Positions 1-10,859 of a stretch of 64,000 bases of DNA are shown one piece after another. A program made the position numbers and the translations under genes. Position 1 is the first letter of the stretch. Every line of letters starts with the position of its first letter. This DNA comes from an uncultured Myxococcales bacterium (GTDB taxonomy: Bacteria; Myxococcota_A; UBA9042; DTJE01), in NCBI GenBank assembly GCA_903936705.1, contig CAIZWN010000071.1, forward strand, positions 51,050 to 115,049, written 5' to 3'. A model generated the notes under the pieces. It had not been told where the DNA came from and searched no databases. It saw only the letters and a list, made by a program, of their open reading frames with translations.

Positions 1-2025
1 ATCATCAGTTCGAACACCTCCGGCTTGTCGATTGCCTCGATGACCGATGGTTTCGGCCCGCAGTTCAAGCAGAACTTCCTGGTAACGCACTTCTTCAATC
101 CGGTACGTTTCATGAAGCTTCTGGAGATCGTGTCCGGCCCGGACACCGATCAGGAAGTCATTGATACGTGGGTGTACCTGGGCCAGGAGATCCTGGGCAA
201 GGGCATCGTGTTCGGCAAGGACACGCCGAACTTCGTCGCGAACCGCATCGGCGTCTACGCCATCAACAAGACCATCCAGTTGATGATGGAAGGCGACTAT
301 TCGATCGAGGAAGTGGACGCTGTATTCGGCAAGCCGATGGGTCATCCCGGTTCGGCAGCCTTCAAGACGGCCGATCTGGTCGGCGTCGACACCTACAAGC
401 ACGTCTCGGCTAACTGCTACGACAACCTGCCGAACGACGACGAGCGCCCCGTGTTCCAGCTGCCGGCCTTCATCGGCACGATGGTCGAGAACAAGTGGCT
501 GGGTGGCAAGACCAAGGGCGGATTCTACAAGAAGGAAGTCGGCCCGGACGGCAAGAGGGTCGCTCTGGCCCTGGATTGGAAGACCTGCACGTACCGCGCG
601 GCCGACCGGCCCTCGTTCGACTCGGTCAAGGCCACCAAGGGCGTGTCGGACTGCGGCGAGCGCATCCGCAACCTGCTGAACGGCGATGATCGCGCCCAGC
701 AGCTGGCCTGGAAGTCGCTGGCGGCGACGTTGAACTACACGGCCAAGCGCATCGGCGAGATCGCCGACGACGTGGTCAACATCGACAACGGCATGCGTTG
801 GGGCTTCAACTGGGAGCTCGGGCCGTTCGAGGTTTGGGATGCCATCGGCGTGGCCGACAGCGTGGCGAAGATGGCGGCGATGGGCATCGACGTGCCCGCT
901 ACCATCAAGACGATGCTGGCAAAGAGCGAAGGCACCTTCTACAAGAAGGAAGGCATCCAGCGCTACCATTGGGACTTCAAGGCCGAGGCTTATGCCCCGA
1001 TCAACAAGCCCGAACAGTACATCCTGCTGCCCGACCTGAAGGAGCAGGGCAAGATCATCAAGGAGAACTTCGGCGCGACGCTGTTCGACCTGGGCGACGG
1101 CATTGCCGGCCTGGAGTTCCACACCAAGATGAACGCCATCGACGACGACATCATCGCGATGCTGCACGAGAGCATCGACGAAGTCGAAGCGAACTGGAAC
1201 GGCATGGTCATTGGCGGCCACGCGGAACATTTCAGCGTTGGCGCCAACATCGGCCTGGTGCTGATGGCTGCTCAGATGGGCAACTGGGACATGCTGGCTG
1301 ACATGGTCGTCAAGCTGCAGGGCGCCGGCACCCGCATGAAGTACTGCGCGAAGCCAGTAGTCACGGCCCCCTACGGCATGGCTCTCGGCGGCGGCTGCGA
1401 AGTATCGATCCACGGCACGCGCATTCAGGCGTCGGCCGAACTGTACATGGGCCTCGTCGAGATCGGCGTGGGCGTCCTGCCCGCCGGCGGCGGCTGCAAG
1501 GAACTGGTCTGCCGTCTGCTCCAGAACATGCCTGCTGACATGAAGGGCTGCAGCCGCATGCCCTACCTGCAGAAGGCGTTCGAGAACATCGCCACCGCCA
1601 AGGTGTCCAACTCGGCCGAAATGGCCAGGCAGTTGGGCTATCTGCGGCCGCAGGACGGCGTGTCGCTGTCCCGTGACCGCCTGATCTACGACGCCAAGCA
1701 GGTCGCCCTGGGCTTGTGGCGCGCCGGTTACCGTCCGCCGCCGCCCCCGGACTGGCTGATCATGCCCGGTCCCGACGGCGCAGCCCTGTTCCTGGCCGGA
1801 CTGGAGCAGTTCGGCGCTGGTGGTTTCGCGACGCCGCACGACGTGGTCGCCGGCAAGCAGATCGCCAAGGTCCTGACGGGCGGCAACGTCCGGCCGGGCA
1901 CCGCGGTCACCGAGCAGCATCTGCTGGACCTGGAAAAGGAAGGATTCCTGTACCTGTGCGGCACGAAGGGCACGCAGGACCGCATCGAGGCCATGCTGAA
2001 GACTGGCAAGCCCTTGCGGAACTGA
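1..2025 (+). CDS. 3-hydroxyacyl-CoA dehydrogenase / enoyl-CoA hydratase fusion (FadN-type), 5'-partial
   Basis: Frame 1 is open from nt 1 (IISSNTSGL...), so the start lies outside the window. HADH motifs (FFNPVRFMKLLEIV) are followed by a crotonase-fold half (KPVVTAPYGMALGGGCEV, LVEIGVGVLPAGGG). A thiolase gene follows immediately. Confidence 0.9.
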   Translation: MISSNTSGLSIASMTDGFGPQFKQNFLVTHFFNPVRFMKLLEIVSGPDTDQEVIDTWVYLGQEILGKGIVFGKDTPNFVANRIGVYAINKTIQLMMEGDYSIEEVDAVFGKPMGHPGSAAFKTADLVGVDTYKHVSANCYDNLPNDDERPVFQLPAFIGTMVENKWLGGKTKGGFYKKEVGPDGKRVALALDWKTCTYRAADRPSFDSVKATKGVSDCGERIRNLLNGDDRAQQLAWKSLAATLNYTAKRIGEIADDVVNIDNGMRWGFNWELGPFEVWDAIGVADSVAKMAAMGIDVPATIKTMLAKSEGTFYKKEGIQRYHWDFKAEAYAPINKPEQYILLPDLKEQGKIIKENFGATLFDLGDGIAGLEFHTKMNAIDDDIIAMLHESIDEVEANWNGMVIGGHAEHFSVGANIGLVLMAAQMGNWDMLADMVVKLQGAGTRMKYCAKPVVTAPYGMALGGGCEVSIHGTRIQASAELYMGLVEIGVGVLPAGGGCKELVCRLLQNMPADMKGCSRMPYLQKAFENIATAKVSNSAEMARQLGYLRPQDGVSLSRDRLIYDAKQVALGLWRAGYRPPPPPDWLIMPGPDGAALFLAGLEQFGAGGFATPHDVVAGKQIAKVLTGGNVRPGTAVTEQHLLDLEKEGFLYLCGTKGTQDRIEAMLKTGKPLRN

Positions 2026-2045
2026 TCCGGTACGTCGGTTCACGA

Positions 2046-2074
2046 GGGGTCCCCGGGGTCGTCCCGGGGACCCC
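2046..2074 (+). terminator. Perfect 12-bp GC hairpin (GGGGTCCCCGGG-gtcgt-CCCGGGGACCCC) after the dehydrogenase gene; terminator or attenuator
   Basis: Read directly: the arms are exact reverse complements with a 5-nt loop, followed by an A/T-rich stretch (aactaaaaattt). There is no clean T-tract, so terminator function is uncertain. Confidence 0.4.
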
Positions 2075-2142
2075 GAACTAAAAATTTGCGGCGCGGGGTC
2101 AAGCTAATTGCGGGCCCCGGCCATTGAATGAGGGATTACCAA

Positions 2143-3318
2143 ATGTCGAAGAACGTTTATATCGTTTCGGCGGTCCGTACGGCGGTCGGCAAGGCGATCA
2201 AGGGGACCCTGCGGTCCTACCGGCCCGAGGATCTGGGCGCCAACGCGATCAAGGAAGCGCTGGCCCGCATCAGCGACAAGTTCCCGCAGGCGGACGTCGA
2301 TGACGTCATCATGGGCTGCGCAATGCCCGAAGGTACCCAGGGCATGAACATCTCCCGCATGTGCATGTTCCTGGCGGGGATGCCCTACACGGTCCCGGCC
2401 ATGACGATCAACCGCTTCTGCAGCTCGGGTCTCCAGGCGCTGGCCCTGGGCGCCCAGTCCATTGCGGCCGGTTACAGTGACGTGATCGTGGCGGGCGGCG
2501 TCGAGTCGATGTCGACGGTCCCGATGGGCGGCTACAACCTGCTGCCGCACCCGGGCATGATCGTCGATTACCCTGCCGCCTACACAGGCATGGGCATCAC
2601 GGCCGAGATCGTTGCCGACAAGTACGGCATCACGCGCCTTCGCCAGGATGAGTTCGCGGTTGCGTCGAATCAGAAGGCAGCCGCGGCCATCAAGGCCGGC
2701 AAGTTCAAGGACCAGATCGTCCCCCTGCAGGTCTACGACTATGAGAAGGGCGCGATGGTCACGTTCGACACGGACGAGGGCCCGCGTGGCGACACGACGG
2801 TCGAAGGCCTGTCCAAGCTGAAGCCTGCGTTCAAGACCACCGGTTCCGTCACGGCCGGTACGTCCTCGCAGGTGTCGGACGGCGGCGCTGCCGTCGTTCT
2901 GATGAGCGAAGAAGCGGTCAAGAAGTACGGCCTGACGCCCATGGCGCGGTTCGTGAACTTCCAGTTGGCCGGCGTTCCTCCGGAAATCATGGGCATCGGC
3001 CCGTCCGAAGCCATTCCGAAGCTGTTCAAGAAGGCCGGTATCGGCGACAAGGACGTATCCTTCTACGAATTGAACGAGGCCTTCGCGGCCCAGTCGCTGG
3101 CCTGCGTGGACCTGCTGGTCCAGTCGGTCGGCATGGACCCTTCCAAGGTCAACCCGAACGGCGGCGCGATTGCTCTGGGTCACCCACTGGGTTGCACCGG
3201 CGCCAAGCTGGCCGTCCAGACGGTATACGAACTGCAGCGCACTGGCGGCAAGTACGGCGTTATCTCGATGTGCATCGGCGGCGGCATGGGCGCAGCCGGC
3301 CTGATCGAGCGCGTCTGA
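2143..3318 (+). CDS. fadA: acetyl-CoA C-acyltransferase (3-ketoacyl-CoA thiolase)
   Basis: MSKNVYIVSAVRTAVGKA..., NRFCSSGLQA (active-site Cys), and C-terminal GHPLGCTGA and CIGGGMG thiolase signatures. The ATG at 2143 has a GAGGGA RBS 7 nt upstream. The ORF-track start at 2128 is also possible. Confidence 0.95.
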   Translation: MSKNVYIVSAVRTAVGKAIKGTLRSYRPEDLGANAIKEALARISDKFPQADVDDVIMGCAMPEGTQGMNISRMCMFLAGMPYTVPAMTINRFCSSGLQALALGAQSIAAGYSDVIVAGGVESMSTVPMGGYNLLPHPGMIVDYPAAYTGMGITAEIVADKYGITRLRQDEFAVASNQKAAAAIKAGKFKDQIVPLQVYDYEKGAMVTFDTDEGPRGDTTVEGLSKLKPAFKTTGSVTAGTSSQVSDGGAAVVLMSEEAVKKYGLTPMARFVNFQLAGVPPEIMGIGPSEAIPKLFKKAGIGDKDVSFYELNEAFAAQSLACVDLLVQSVGMDPSKVNPNGGAIALGHPLGCTGAKLAVQTVYELQRTGGKYGVISMCIGGGMGAAGLIERV

Positions 3319-3343
3319 TCCCCACAAGTGCATGATTTGTTTG

Positions 3344-3373
3344 CCGGGGACCCGGGTAACACCGGGTCTCCGG
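3344..3373 (+). terminator. GC-rich hairpin after fadA (CCGGGGACCCGGG-taac-ACCGGGTCTCCGG, one G-U pair)
   Basis: Inverted repeat read from the sequence 26 nt after the fadA stop, in a convergent intergenic region. It is followed by taaaaca. Confidence 0.4.
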
Positions 3374-3466
3374 TAAAACATCCCGCCTTCCAGATCAATT
3401 GCAATCGCCTGATTAAACGCCTGATTGGCCAAGGCCTGGCTTTGATATCGGCTGCGGGAATCCAGT

Positions 3467-6400
3467 CTACGTCAAGGGCAGGAGTTCCTGGGACCCGAAC
3501 AATCGCGTGCTGCCGGCCCATGGACCGGGGCAACGCCAAGCCACTGTGCATTGGCCGCATTCCACAGGCTTGGGTCGGGATTCGGCACGAATTGTCGACG
3601 CTGGACGAAGGCCGTCCAGTTCGGCAACCAGTTGCTGGTTCAGCGGACCTGGGGATTCAGCGGCATCCCACAGATCAGGGTCCAGGTGACACAAAACCAC
3701 GCCTTCGGTTCGCGCCTCAAGGCCAAGGCTGCGCGCAGTTCTCAAGGCGGTTCGCAGGTGGCTGGCTACGCGGCTGATGCGCACTGTCGGGGCCACGTCC
3801 AGCCGCTCCTGGTCCCCAAGCCAGACCGGCCGGGACAACGCAAATTGGACGCGAGACGCGCCTATGTCTGCCAACAGTCGAACCGTGGATTCCAGGTGCT
3901 GGCTGTTTGCGGCAAGTACGGGAATGTTGATCAGGAAAGGCAGATTCTCGGCCTTCAGACTGCGGATTCCAGCGACCGTTTGATCGAAAGCCCCAGGTGC
4001 TTGCGCAATCTTGTCGTGGATGTCGGGTTCGCTTCCGTAAATCGAGACCTCGAAGAAGGAAACTCCCTTGCGGGCCAGCAATCTGGCCAGTCCGGGATAG
4101 GCCAGAACGCGTCCGTTGGTCTGTATTTGGACGTGGTTGTAGCCCAGAACGCGGGCCTCGGTGATCAGGCGCAGTATGTCCTTGCGAATCAACGGTTCGC
4201 CACGCAGGAATACAACCTCGTTGCAGCCGTGGGCGCGTCCTTCGCGCAGTGCATTGATCGCGGCTTCCGTGTCACGTTCCGGCAGATGGGCGATGTCCCT
4301 GATGGTGCAGTGGATACACGCCGAGTTGCACCTGCTGCCCAGGCGCAGCAGCAGGCGGCCAAAACGCTGCTGGTCCGAGGCTGCCAGCACCGGTCCCCGG
4401 GGTGGTGGAGTTTCTTGCGCGGGCCGCCGCCAGCCGGTCCCTTGGACACTTGCGTTGGCGCCTGGACGCTCGACAAGCCATTCGCCGATTGCCAGGCAGT
4501 CGGCCCCGACCTGCAAAAAACTGTTCAACGCGTCCTGAGGCGAAGTTGCGATCGGTTCGTCCGCCGTGTTGAACGACGTGTTCAGGACCAGGGGGATTCC
4601 AGTGCGTCGGTGGAACTCGGAAATCGCCCGGTGGTAAAGGGGTTGCGCGTCGGCATGGACAGACTGAGGGCGCGTAGTCCCGTCGTGGTGAACGATTGCT
4701 GAAACCGCCTCGCGCCGATCCTTGCGCACCCCGGCGACGAACAACATGAATCCGTTGCCATTCGGGTTGTCGAACCAGTCGGCCTCGTGGCCGGCCAGGA
4801 TTGATGGAGCAAAGGGGCGCCAGGCCTCCCGTCCTTTTGCAACGTTCAGTCGGGGATGGAAATCCTGGCGTCCGGGATGGGCCAGAAGGCTTCGCGCCCC
4901 CAGTGCGCGTGGTCCTATCTCCAGACCGGACTGGCACCAGGCCACAACCTGGCCCGCTGCGATCCGTTCGCCTACTTCAACGGCGATGTCGGGCGCGCGT
5001 CGGGCAGGCAGGCCGAACGCATCAAGGGCCGCCTGAATCTCGGTGTCCTCCGGTTCGGGCCCCCAGCAAGCGTGGACCAGCGGCTGGAATGGAGGCTCGG
5101 AAGTAAGTTCCAGGTGTGCTACGAGCGCCGCACCTATTGCCGTGCCCCCATCGTGTGCGGCTGGTTGCACGAACATCGATTGCGGCTGAAAGTGCTGCTG
5201 GATCCGGCTGTTCATCTGGCAGTTCAAAGCCACTCCGCCGGCCAAACCCAGGTTCTGGATCACCTCGCCGCCCCGGCCCTCATCGATCAGCCGAATTATC
5301 GCTTCCTCAAGTGCCAATTGAACGCTTGCAGCCAAGGCCTTGTGGTCCTCGGTCAGCGGGTCGAAGCGTCCTCGGGACAGGTGTCCGAACGTCTTGTTGG
5401 CCTGGTTCTCGTGGATGCGGTGGCGACTGTGGGTTTCGATCGACAGGGCTGATGAAAGGTCGAAGCGTGGATCTCCCATCACGGCCAGGGCCATCGTTGA
5501 CCCCTGTCCATGGGAACCGAAGCCCAGGATTCGGCTGACGGTTTCGTAGACCCCACCGATGGACGAATCGTCCAGGGATAGGACGTCGAAGATGCGTTCC
5601 AGTCGGCCATCCCGGCCTTTGAAGAATGCGGCTGTTTCCCGGTCGCCGCGCCCGTCCACGGTCAGTATATGAGCGTCTGCCCCACCACCGAAATAGTACG
5701 CGCTTGCAGCGTGCGCCTGGTGGTGCGGAACGAATACGAACCGTCCGCTGACCAGGGTTCGAGGTGGTCTGGCTGCGTCCTCAAGGGAGTAGCTGCGGCG
5801 GAAGCGTCCAGGAATGCCGTTGACCCCGATGACGGCTACGTCGTCCAGCGTTATACCCTCGCGTTTCAGCAGCCAGTTCACCGACCGCCAGGCAAACGCC
5901 TCCTCGATCAAAACGGACATGTCATTGCATATCGTGCGGTTCGGGCGACCCGGTATCCTGAAACCGTGGTGCTTGACGCGGGACAAACGCTCCTCTTCGA
6001 CTGCACCGACCAGGCGTCCATCCTTCAGCAGCGCCGCCGAGTTTTCCTGCATCGTGGCAATCGCCAGACCAAGGCTGTAGACGGGGCGGGGGCGAACAGT
6101 ACAACGTTGCCAATCTGGCTGACGCTGCCGGATCTTTGGCGGCGCAAGTTCCGGGGAAGCGGTTCGCAGCAGTCCTGCCGGCCTTGTTCCATCGGGGGCC
6201 ATGACCTGTGCGGCCGAAGCCAGTGCAGGAGCCAAGGCACCGCGCGGGCAGGTTTCCACGCATGCCATGCACGACAGGCAGGATGTTTCATCGATCTTCA
6301 GCATCAGACCGCCGGAATCTGCACCAGTCGTGACCAACGGCGAGGGCGTGGTCGTGGTCGAACGATTCGAACCGTTCACTAGGGCAAGACATCCAGCTGG

Positions 6401-6805
6401 GCAGCTTGGCAGGCACTCGCCGCACGCAGCGCACAATGATGTTTTGTGCAACAAAATCCTGCCGGCGTGATCCCCCGGTGCAGCGCTGGTCTCGATCGCA
6501 GCTCGCCTGGGCGATTCGTGGGCCAGGCCCTCTACTGCAACGCCAAAAGGTCCGCGTCGCCATGCCGAGGCGTCAATCGATCTTTTGAATGGCGGCAATG
6601 GCCAAGGAGTACGCTTGCCAAGCCAATGCGAGGTGACCACAAGCGCGGCCCATGCGTCCTTCGAAGACAAGAACAGGCCTGTCGTTCCTGGAGTTCCGGG
6701 TGTGGGCACCGGGCCCAATATTCGCCGTATGCGCACCCGCCTGGGCGCCGGACGCAGAAGGTCGTACGCCCACAAAGAATGCCGTTCCTCGGGTGGCAGT
6801 GCCAT
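3467..6805 (-). CDS. Three-module fusion: 2x[4Fe-4S] ferredoxin + NodU/CmcH-family carbamoyltransferase + radical SAM domain with C-terminal Cys motif
   Basis: A single uninterrupted 1112-codon ORF. aa 124-186 carry two CxxCxxCxxxCP motifs (CAACGECLPSCP, CLSCMACVETCP). aa ~243-780 look like a carbamoyltransferase (VPHHQAHAASAYYFGG, LAGGVALNC, PAAHDGGTAIGAA, GPRALGARSLL, HDGTTRPQ, LNTSFN). aa ~815-1112 are radical SAM (CNSACIHC = CX3CX2C, RGEPL, QTNG) with terminal CGQCTVAWRCPG. The ATG at 6805 has GGAGG 7 nt upstream. The first ~115 aa are low complexity, so the true start could be internal. Confidence 0.8.
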   Translation of the reverse strand: MALPPEERHSLWAYDLLRPAPRRVRIRRILGPVPTPGTPGTTGLFLSSKDAWAALVVTSHWLGKRTPWPLPPFKRSIDASAWRRGPFGVAVEGLAHESPRRAAIETSAAPGDHAGRILLHKTSLCAACGECLPSCPAGCLALVNGSNRSTTTTPSPLVTTGADSGGLMLKIDETSCLSCMACVETCPRGALAPALASAAQVMAPDGTRPAGLLRTASPELAPPKIRQRQPDWQRCTVRPRPVYSLGLAIATMQENSAALLKDGRLVGAVEEERLSRVKHHGFRIPGRPNRTICNDMSVLIEEAFAWRSVNWLLKREGITLDDVAVIGVNGIPGRFRRSYSLEDAARPPRTLVSGRFVFVPHHQAHAASAYYFGGGADAHILTVDGRGDRETAAFFKGRDGRLERIFDVLSLDDSSIGGVYETVSRILGFGSHGQGSTMALAVMGDPRFDLSSALSIETHSRHRIHENQANKTFGHLSRGRFDPLTEDHKALAASVQLALEEAIIRLIDEGRGGEVIQNLGLAGGVALNCQMNSRIQQHFQPQSMFVQPAAHDGGTAIGAALVAHLELTSEPPFQPLVHACWGPEPEDTEIQAALDAFGLPARRAPDIAVEVGERIAAGQVVAWCQSGLEIGPRALGARSLLAHPGRQDFHPRLNVAKGREAWRPFAPSILAGHEADWFDNPNGNGFMLFVAGVRKDRREAVSAIVHHDGTTRPQSVHADAQPLYHRAISEFHRRTGIPLVLNTSFNTADEPIATSPQDALNSFLQVGADCLAIGEWLVERPGANASVQGTGWRRPAQETPPPRGPVLAASDQQRFGRLLLRLGSRCNSACIHCTIRDIAHLPERDTEAAINALREGRAHGCNEVVFLRGEPLIRKDILRLITEARVLGYNHVQIQTNGRVLAYPGLARLLARKGVSFFEVSIYGSEPDIHDKIAQAPGAFDQTVAGIRSLKAENLPFLINIPVLAANSQHLESTVRLLADIGASRVQFALSRPVWLGDQERLDVAPTVRISRVASHLRTALRTARSLGLEARTEGVVLCHLDPDLWDAAESPGPLNQQLVAELDGLRPASTIRAESRPKPVECGQCTVAWRCPGPWAGSTRLFGSQELLPLT

Positions 6806-6906
6806 TCGCCCCTCCGCGTGGTGGGTATTCTAGCTTGGAATCAGTCCCGGTGCGCGCTGACCTGATCCAGGGCGCCGTGGTGTGATACGCTTCCCGCGGC
6901 GAGGTT

Positions 6907-7998
6907 GTGCCGATGAGGTCCGGGAACGACAACGGAAGACCTGGGGTGCCAACCCAGGAGGCGGACGACGTGGGAGATCGCGTCCACGTCTGCGTCGGCG
7001 CCTGGTGCAACAACAACTGTATTTTCTGCATGGAGATTGATCGCGAGGACAGGGCAGCGCGCGTGGCGTCCCAGACTGCTGACGACGTCAAACGAATGAT
7101 CGATGCAAATCGTGGCGTTCGCGAAATCCTGTTCACCAGCGGCGAGCCCACCATGAACAAGGAGTTGCCCAGATACATCGGTTGGGCCAGGGAGGCCGGC
7201 TACGAAGTCATCGGGGTCATCAGTAACGGCAGGATGTTCAGCTACGAACCCTACGTTCGGCGCCTTCTGGCGGCTGGCATGAACAACGTGATCGTCAGTA
7301 TTCATGGACACGATGCAAGGTTGCACGACGGGCTGACGCGCACCAAGGGCAGCTTTGACCAGACACTTGCCGGCCTGCGCTGCCTTTCCAGGTTGAGGGC
7401 CGAACGCGGGTTTTCAATCCAGACAAGCACTGTAATAAATCGCCGGAACATTCTGTTTCTTGGTGATATTTGCAGGCTTATGCAGACGCTTGATGCCGAT
7501 CGACATGTCTTCAACGTCATGATGCCGGATGGTCGAGGCCTGCAGCTTATCAGCCAGTTGATGCCGCGATATCTGGAAGTGCGCGATGCGTTTCTGGCGC
7601 TGGTTCCATTGCTGGCCCCTGAATTCCTTGCCAGGATTGCAGTGCTGGACGTGCCGTACTGCGCGACCGAGGGGCTCCCTGACAGCATGCGCGGGTACGT
7701 CGAGCGCTATTTCCACTACGAGCCGGCCGGCAGTTTCGAGGAAAGAGTTGCTGCGATGGGTCTGGAACCGCCCGTGGAAGGGGAGGGCGACCTGTTTCAA
7801 ACCAGTGCCATCGGTGGCGATTTGACCGCCTTCTCGCGGGTGACCCGTACCTTCCAGGAGGGTTACGTCAAGGTCAAGCGTGCCGAGTGCGCCGAGTGCC
7901 GGTTTGACGTCCTTTGTCGCGGGGCCTGGCGCGCGTATGTTGAACACTTCGGCTGGGACGAAATGGTTCCGGTGAAAACTGCCCCGTCTGGAAGTTGA
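6907..7998 (+). CDS. radical SAM protein (MoaA/PqqE-like core, C-terminal CxxCx5CxG motif)
   Basis: CNNNCIFC (CX3CX2C), SGEPTMNKE, ISNGRMF, VSIHGHDARLHDGLTRTKGSFDQTLAGL, C-terminal CAECRFDVLCRGAW. Divergent from the 3467-6805 gene across 101 nt. Start is GTG 6907 or ATG 6913. Confidence 0.85.
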   Translation: MPMRSGNDNGRPGVPTQEADDVGDRVHVCVGAWCNNNCIFCMEIDREDRAARVASQTADDVKRMIDANRGVREILFTSGEPTMNKELPRYIGWAREAGYEVIGVISNGRMFSYEPYVRRLLAAGMNNVIVSIHGHDARLHDGLTRTKGSFDQTLAGLRCLSRLRAERGFSIQTSTVINRRNILFLGDICRLMQTLDADRHVFNVMMPDGRGLQLISQLMPRYLEVRDAFLALVPLLAPEFLARIAVLDVPYCATEGLPDSMRGYVERYFHYEPAGSFEERVAAMGLEPPVEGEGDLFQTSAIGGDLTAFSRVTRTFQEGYVKVKRAECAECRFDVLCRGAWRAYVEHFGWDEMVPVKTAPSGS

Positions 7999-8037
7999 GG
8001 GACATCATTCAGCAGCGTTTGCAGTTTGAAACGATCA

Positions 8038-8457
8038 TCAATGCGAAGAAACGGTAGAAGGGGCCTTGGCCACGTCAAGGCGGGTGCGGGCCTTGCGAAC
8101 GGAAGCCATCTTGACGACGTAAGCCTCGCCTTCACCGGGATGGGAAGCTTCGAGTGCGGCCGTTGCAACGTCAAGACTGTGTCGAGCCCGTTCAATATCA
8201 ACTTCGGTGGATCGTTCGCAGGTCTCGGACAGGATGTTTATCTCGTCGCCAAGGACCTCGACAAAGCCGCCCGACAAGGCAAATCGTTCGTCGCCGGCAG
8301 GCCCATGCACGGTCATAGGTCCGATACCCAGGCCCATGATCATCGCCTTGTGGCCCGGCAGGATGCCCATCTCCCCTACGATTCCCGGAAGGGTGATTTC
8401 ATCGACTTCCAGGCCCTTGACCCTGGCGCCTTCCTGGGTGACCACATCGAGTTTCAT
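8038..8457 (-). CDS. atpC: F1 ATP synthase epsilon subunit
   Basis: MKLDVVTQEG...LPGIVGEMGILPGH is typical of epsilon. ATG at 8457 sits 1 nt after the atpD stop. The upstream part of ORF 8038..8592 overlaps atpD and was trimmed. Confidence 0.9.
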   Translation of the reverse strand: MKLDVVTQEGARVKGLEVDEITLPGIVGEMGILPGHKAMIMGLGIGPMTVHGPAGDERFALSGGFVEVLGDEINILSETCERSTEVDIERARHSLDVATAALEASHPGEGEAYVVKMASVRKARTRLDVAKAPSTVSSH

Positions 8458-8458
8458 G

Positions 8459-9892
<1,434 letters not shown>

Positions 9893-10774
9893 TTACTTCA
9901 GCGCTTCCGCGCCGCTGACGATCTCCAGCATTTCCGTGGTAATCGACGCCTGACGGGCCTTGTTGTATTGCAACGTCAGTCGCGCCAGGAGTTCGCCCGC
10001 GTTCTTTGTGGCCGACTCCATTGCCGTCATACGGGCGCCCATCTCGGCCGCCAGCGATTCCAGCACTGCGAAAAACAATCGTACGTTCACGTACATCGGC
10101 AGGATCGACGACAGGATGGCGTCGCGCGACGGTTCATAGCCGAATTCGATCCCTTCCAGCCGTGCACTGGATTCATGTGCGACCTCGTCCCGTTCGGGGA
10201 CGATTGGCAGCAGCCGTTCCACCACGACGTTCTGCGAGATCGCAGATTTGAATTCGTTGTAGACGATGTAGACCGCGTCGTGCCCGCCGTCGATGAACCG
10301 CGCCGTGATCTCGGCGCCGATCTCGCTTACCCGCTCGAAGGTAGGATTGGAGAGGACCTCCATGTACTCCTTGAAGATCGGCGAGTTGCGGCGCCGGAAG
10401 TAGTCGCGGCCCTTGCGCCCCAGCAGGGCCAGTTCCAGTTCCTCCTGGCCTCCCTCGTGGTTGCGCATGTAACGTTCGGCACGGCGGTTGATGTTGCTGT
10501 TGAAGGCGCCGCACATGCCGCGATCACTGGTGATGACCACCAGCAGCGCCTTCTTTTCCTCGCGTTCCTGCAACAGTGGGTGCAGGTCGCGGTCCGTGTG
10601 TTCCGACAGGTCCCAGATCACCTGGCGTATGCGGTTCGAGTAGGGCTTGGCCCGCAGCATGTTGTCCTGGGCGCGGCGCAACTTTGCAGCCGCGACCAGC
10701 TTCATCGCGCGGGTGATCTTCTGGGTGTTCTTGACGCTGATCAGGCGGCGCCGGATCTGCTTGAGCGTCGGCAT
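9893..10774 (-). CDS. atpG: F1 ATP synthase gamma subunit
   Basis: MPTLKQIRRRLISVKNTQKITRAMKLVAAAKLRRAQ... and C-terminal ITTEMLEIVSGAEALK. Confidence 0.97.
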   Translation of the reverse strand: MPTLKQIRRRLISVKNTQKITRAMKLVAAAKLRRAQDNMLRAKPYSNRIRQVIWDLSEHTDRDLHPLLQEREEKKALLVVITSDRGMCGAFNSNINRRAERYMRNHEGGQEELELALLGRKGRDYFRRRNSPIFKEYMEVLSNPTFERVSEIGAEITARFIDGGHDAVYIVYNEFKSAISQNVVVERLLPIVPERDEVAHESSARLEGIEFGYEPSRDAILSSILPMYVNVRLFFAVLESLAAEMGARMTAMESATKNAGELLARLTLQYNKARQASITTEMLEIVSGAEALK

Positions 10775-10859
10775 CTGGCAACCTCGACGGGGTCGTCAAC
10801 CCTCGTCCCACAGGGCATCATCATGACGGGATGGGCCATCGGGGCCCGTCCTCGCAGGC

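Noticed and set aside
2104-3432. 442-aa ORF on the minus strand
   Set aside because: It is entirely antisense to the well-supported thiolase gene. It is Arg/Ala/Gly/Asp-rich with no recognisable motifs, typical of a high-GC shadow ORF.
3319-8037. Search for a short precursor-peptide (RiPP) gene next to the radical SAM genes (also around 34.6-39.0 kb)
   Set aside because: I saw no short ORF with an RBS and a leader/core-like sequence in the small intergenic gaps. ORF 3328..3777 overlaps the 3' end of the fusion gene on the opposite strand and looks non-coding. Absence by eye is not proof.
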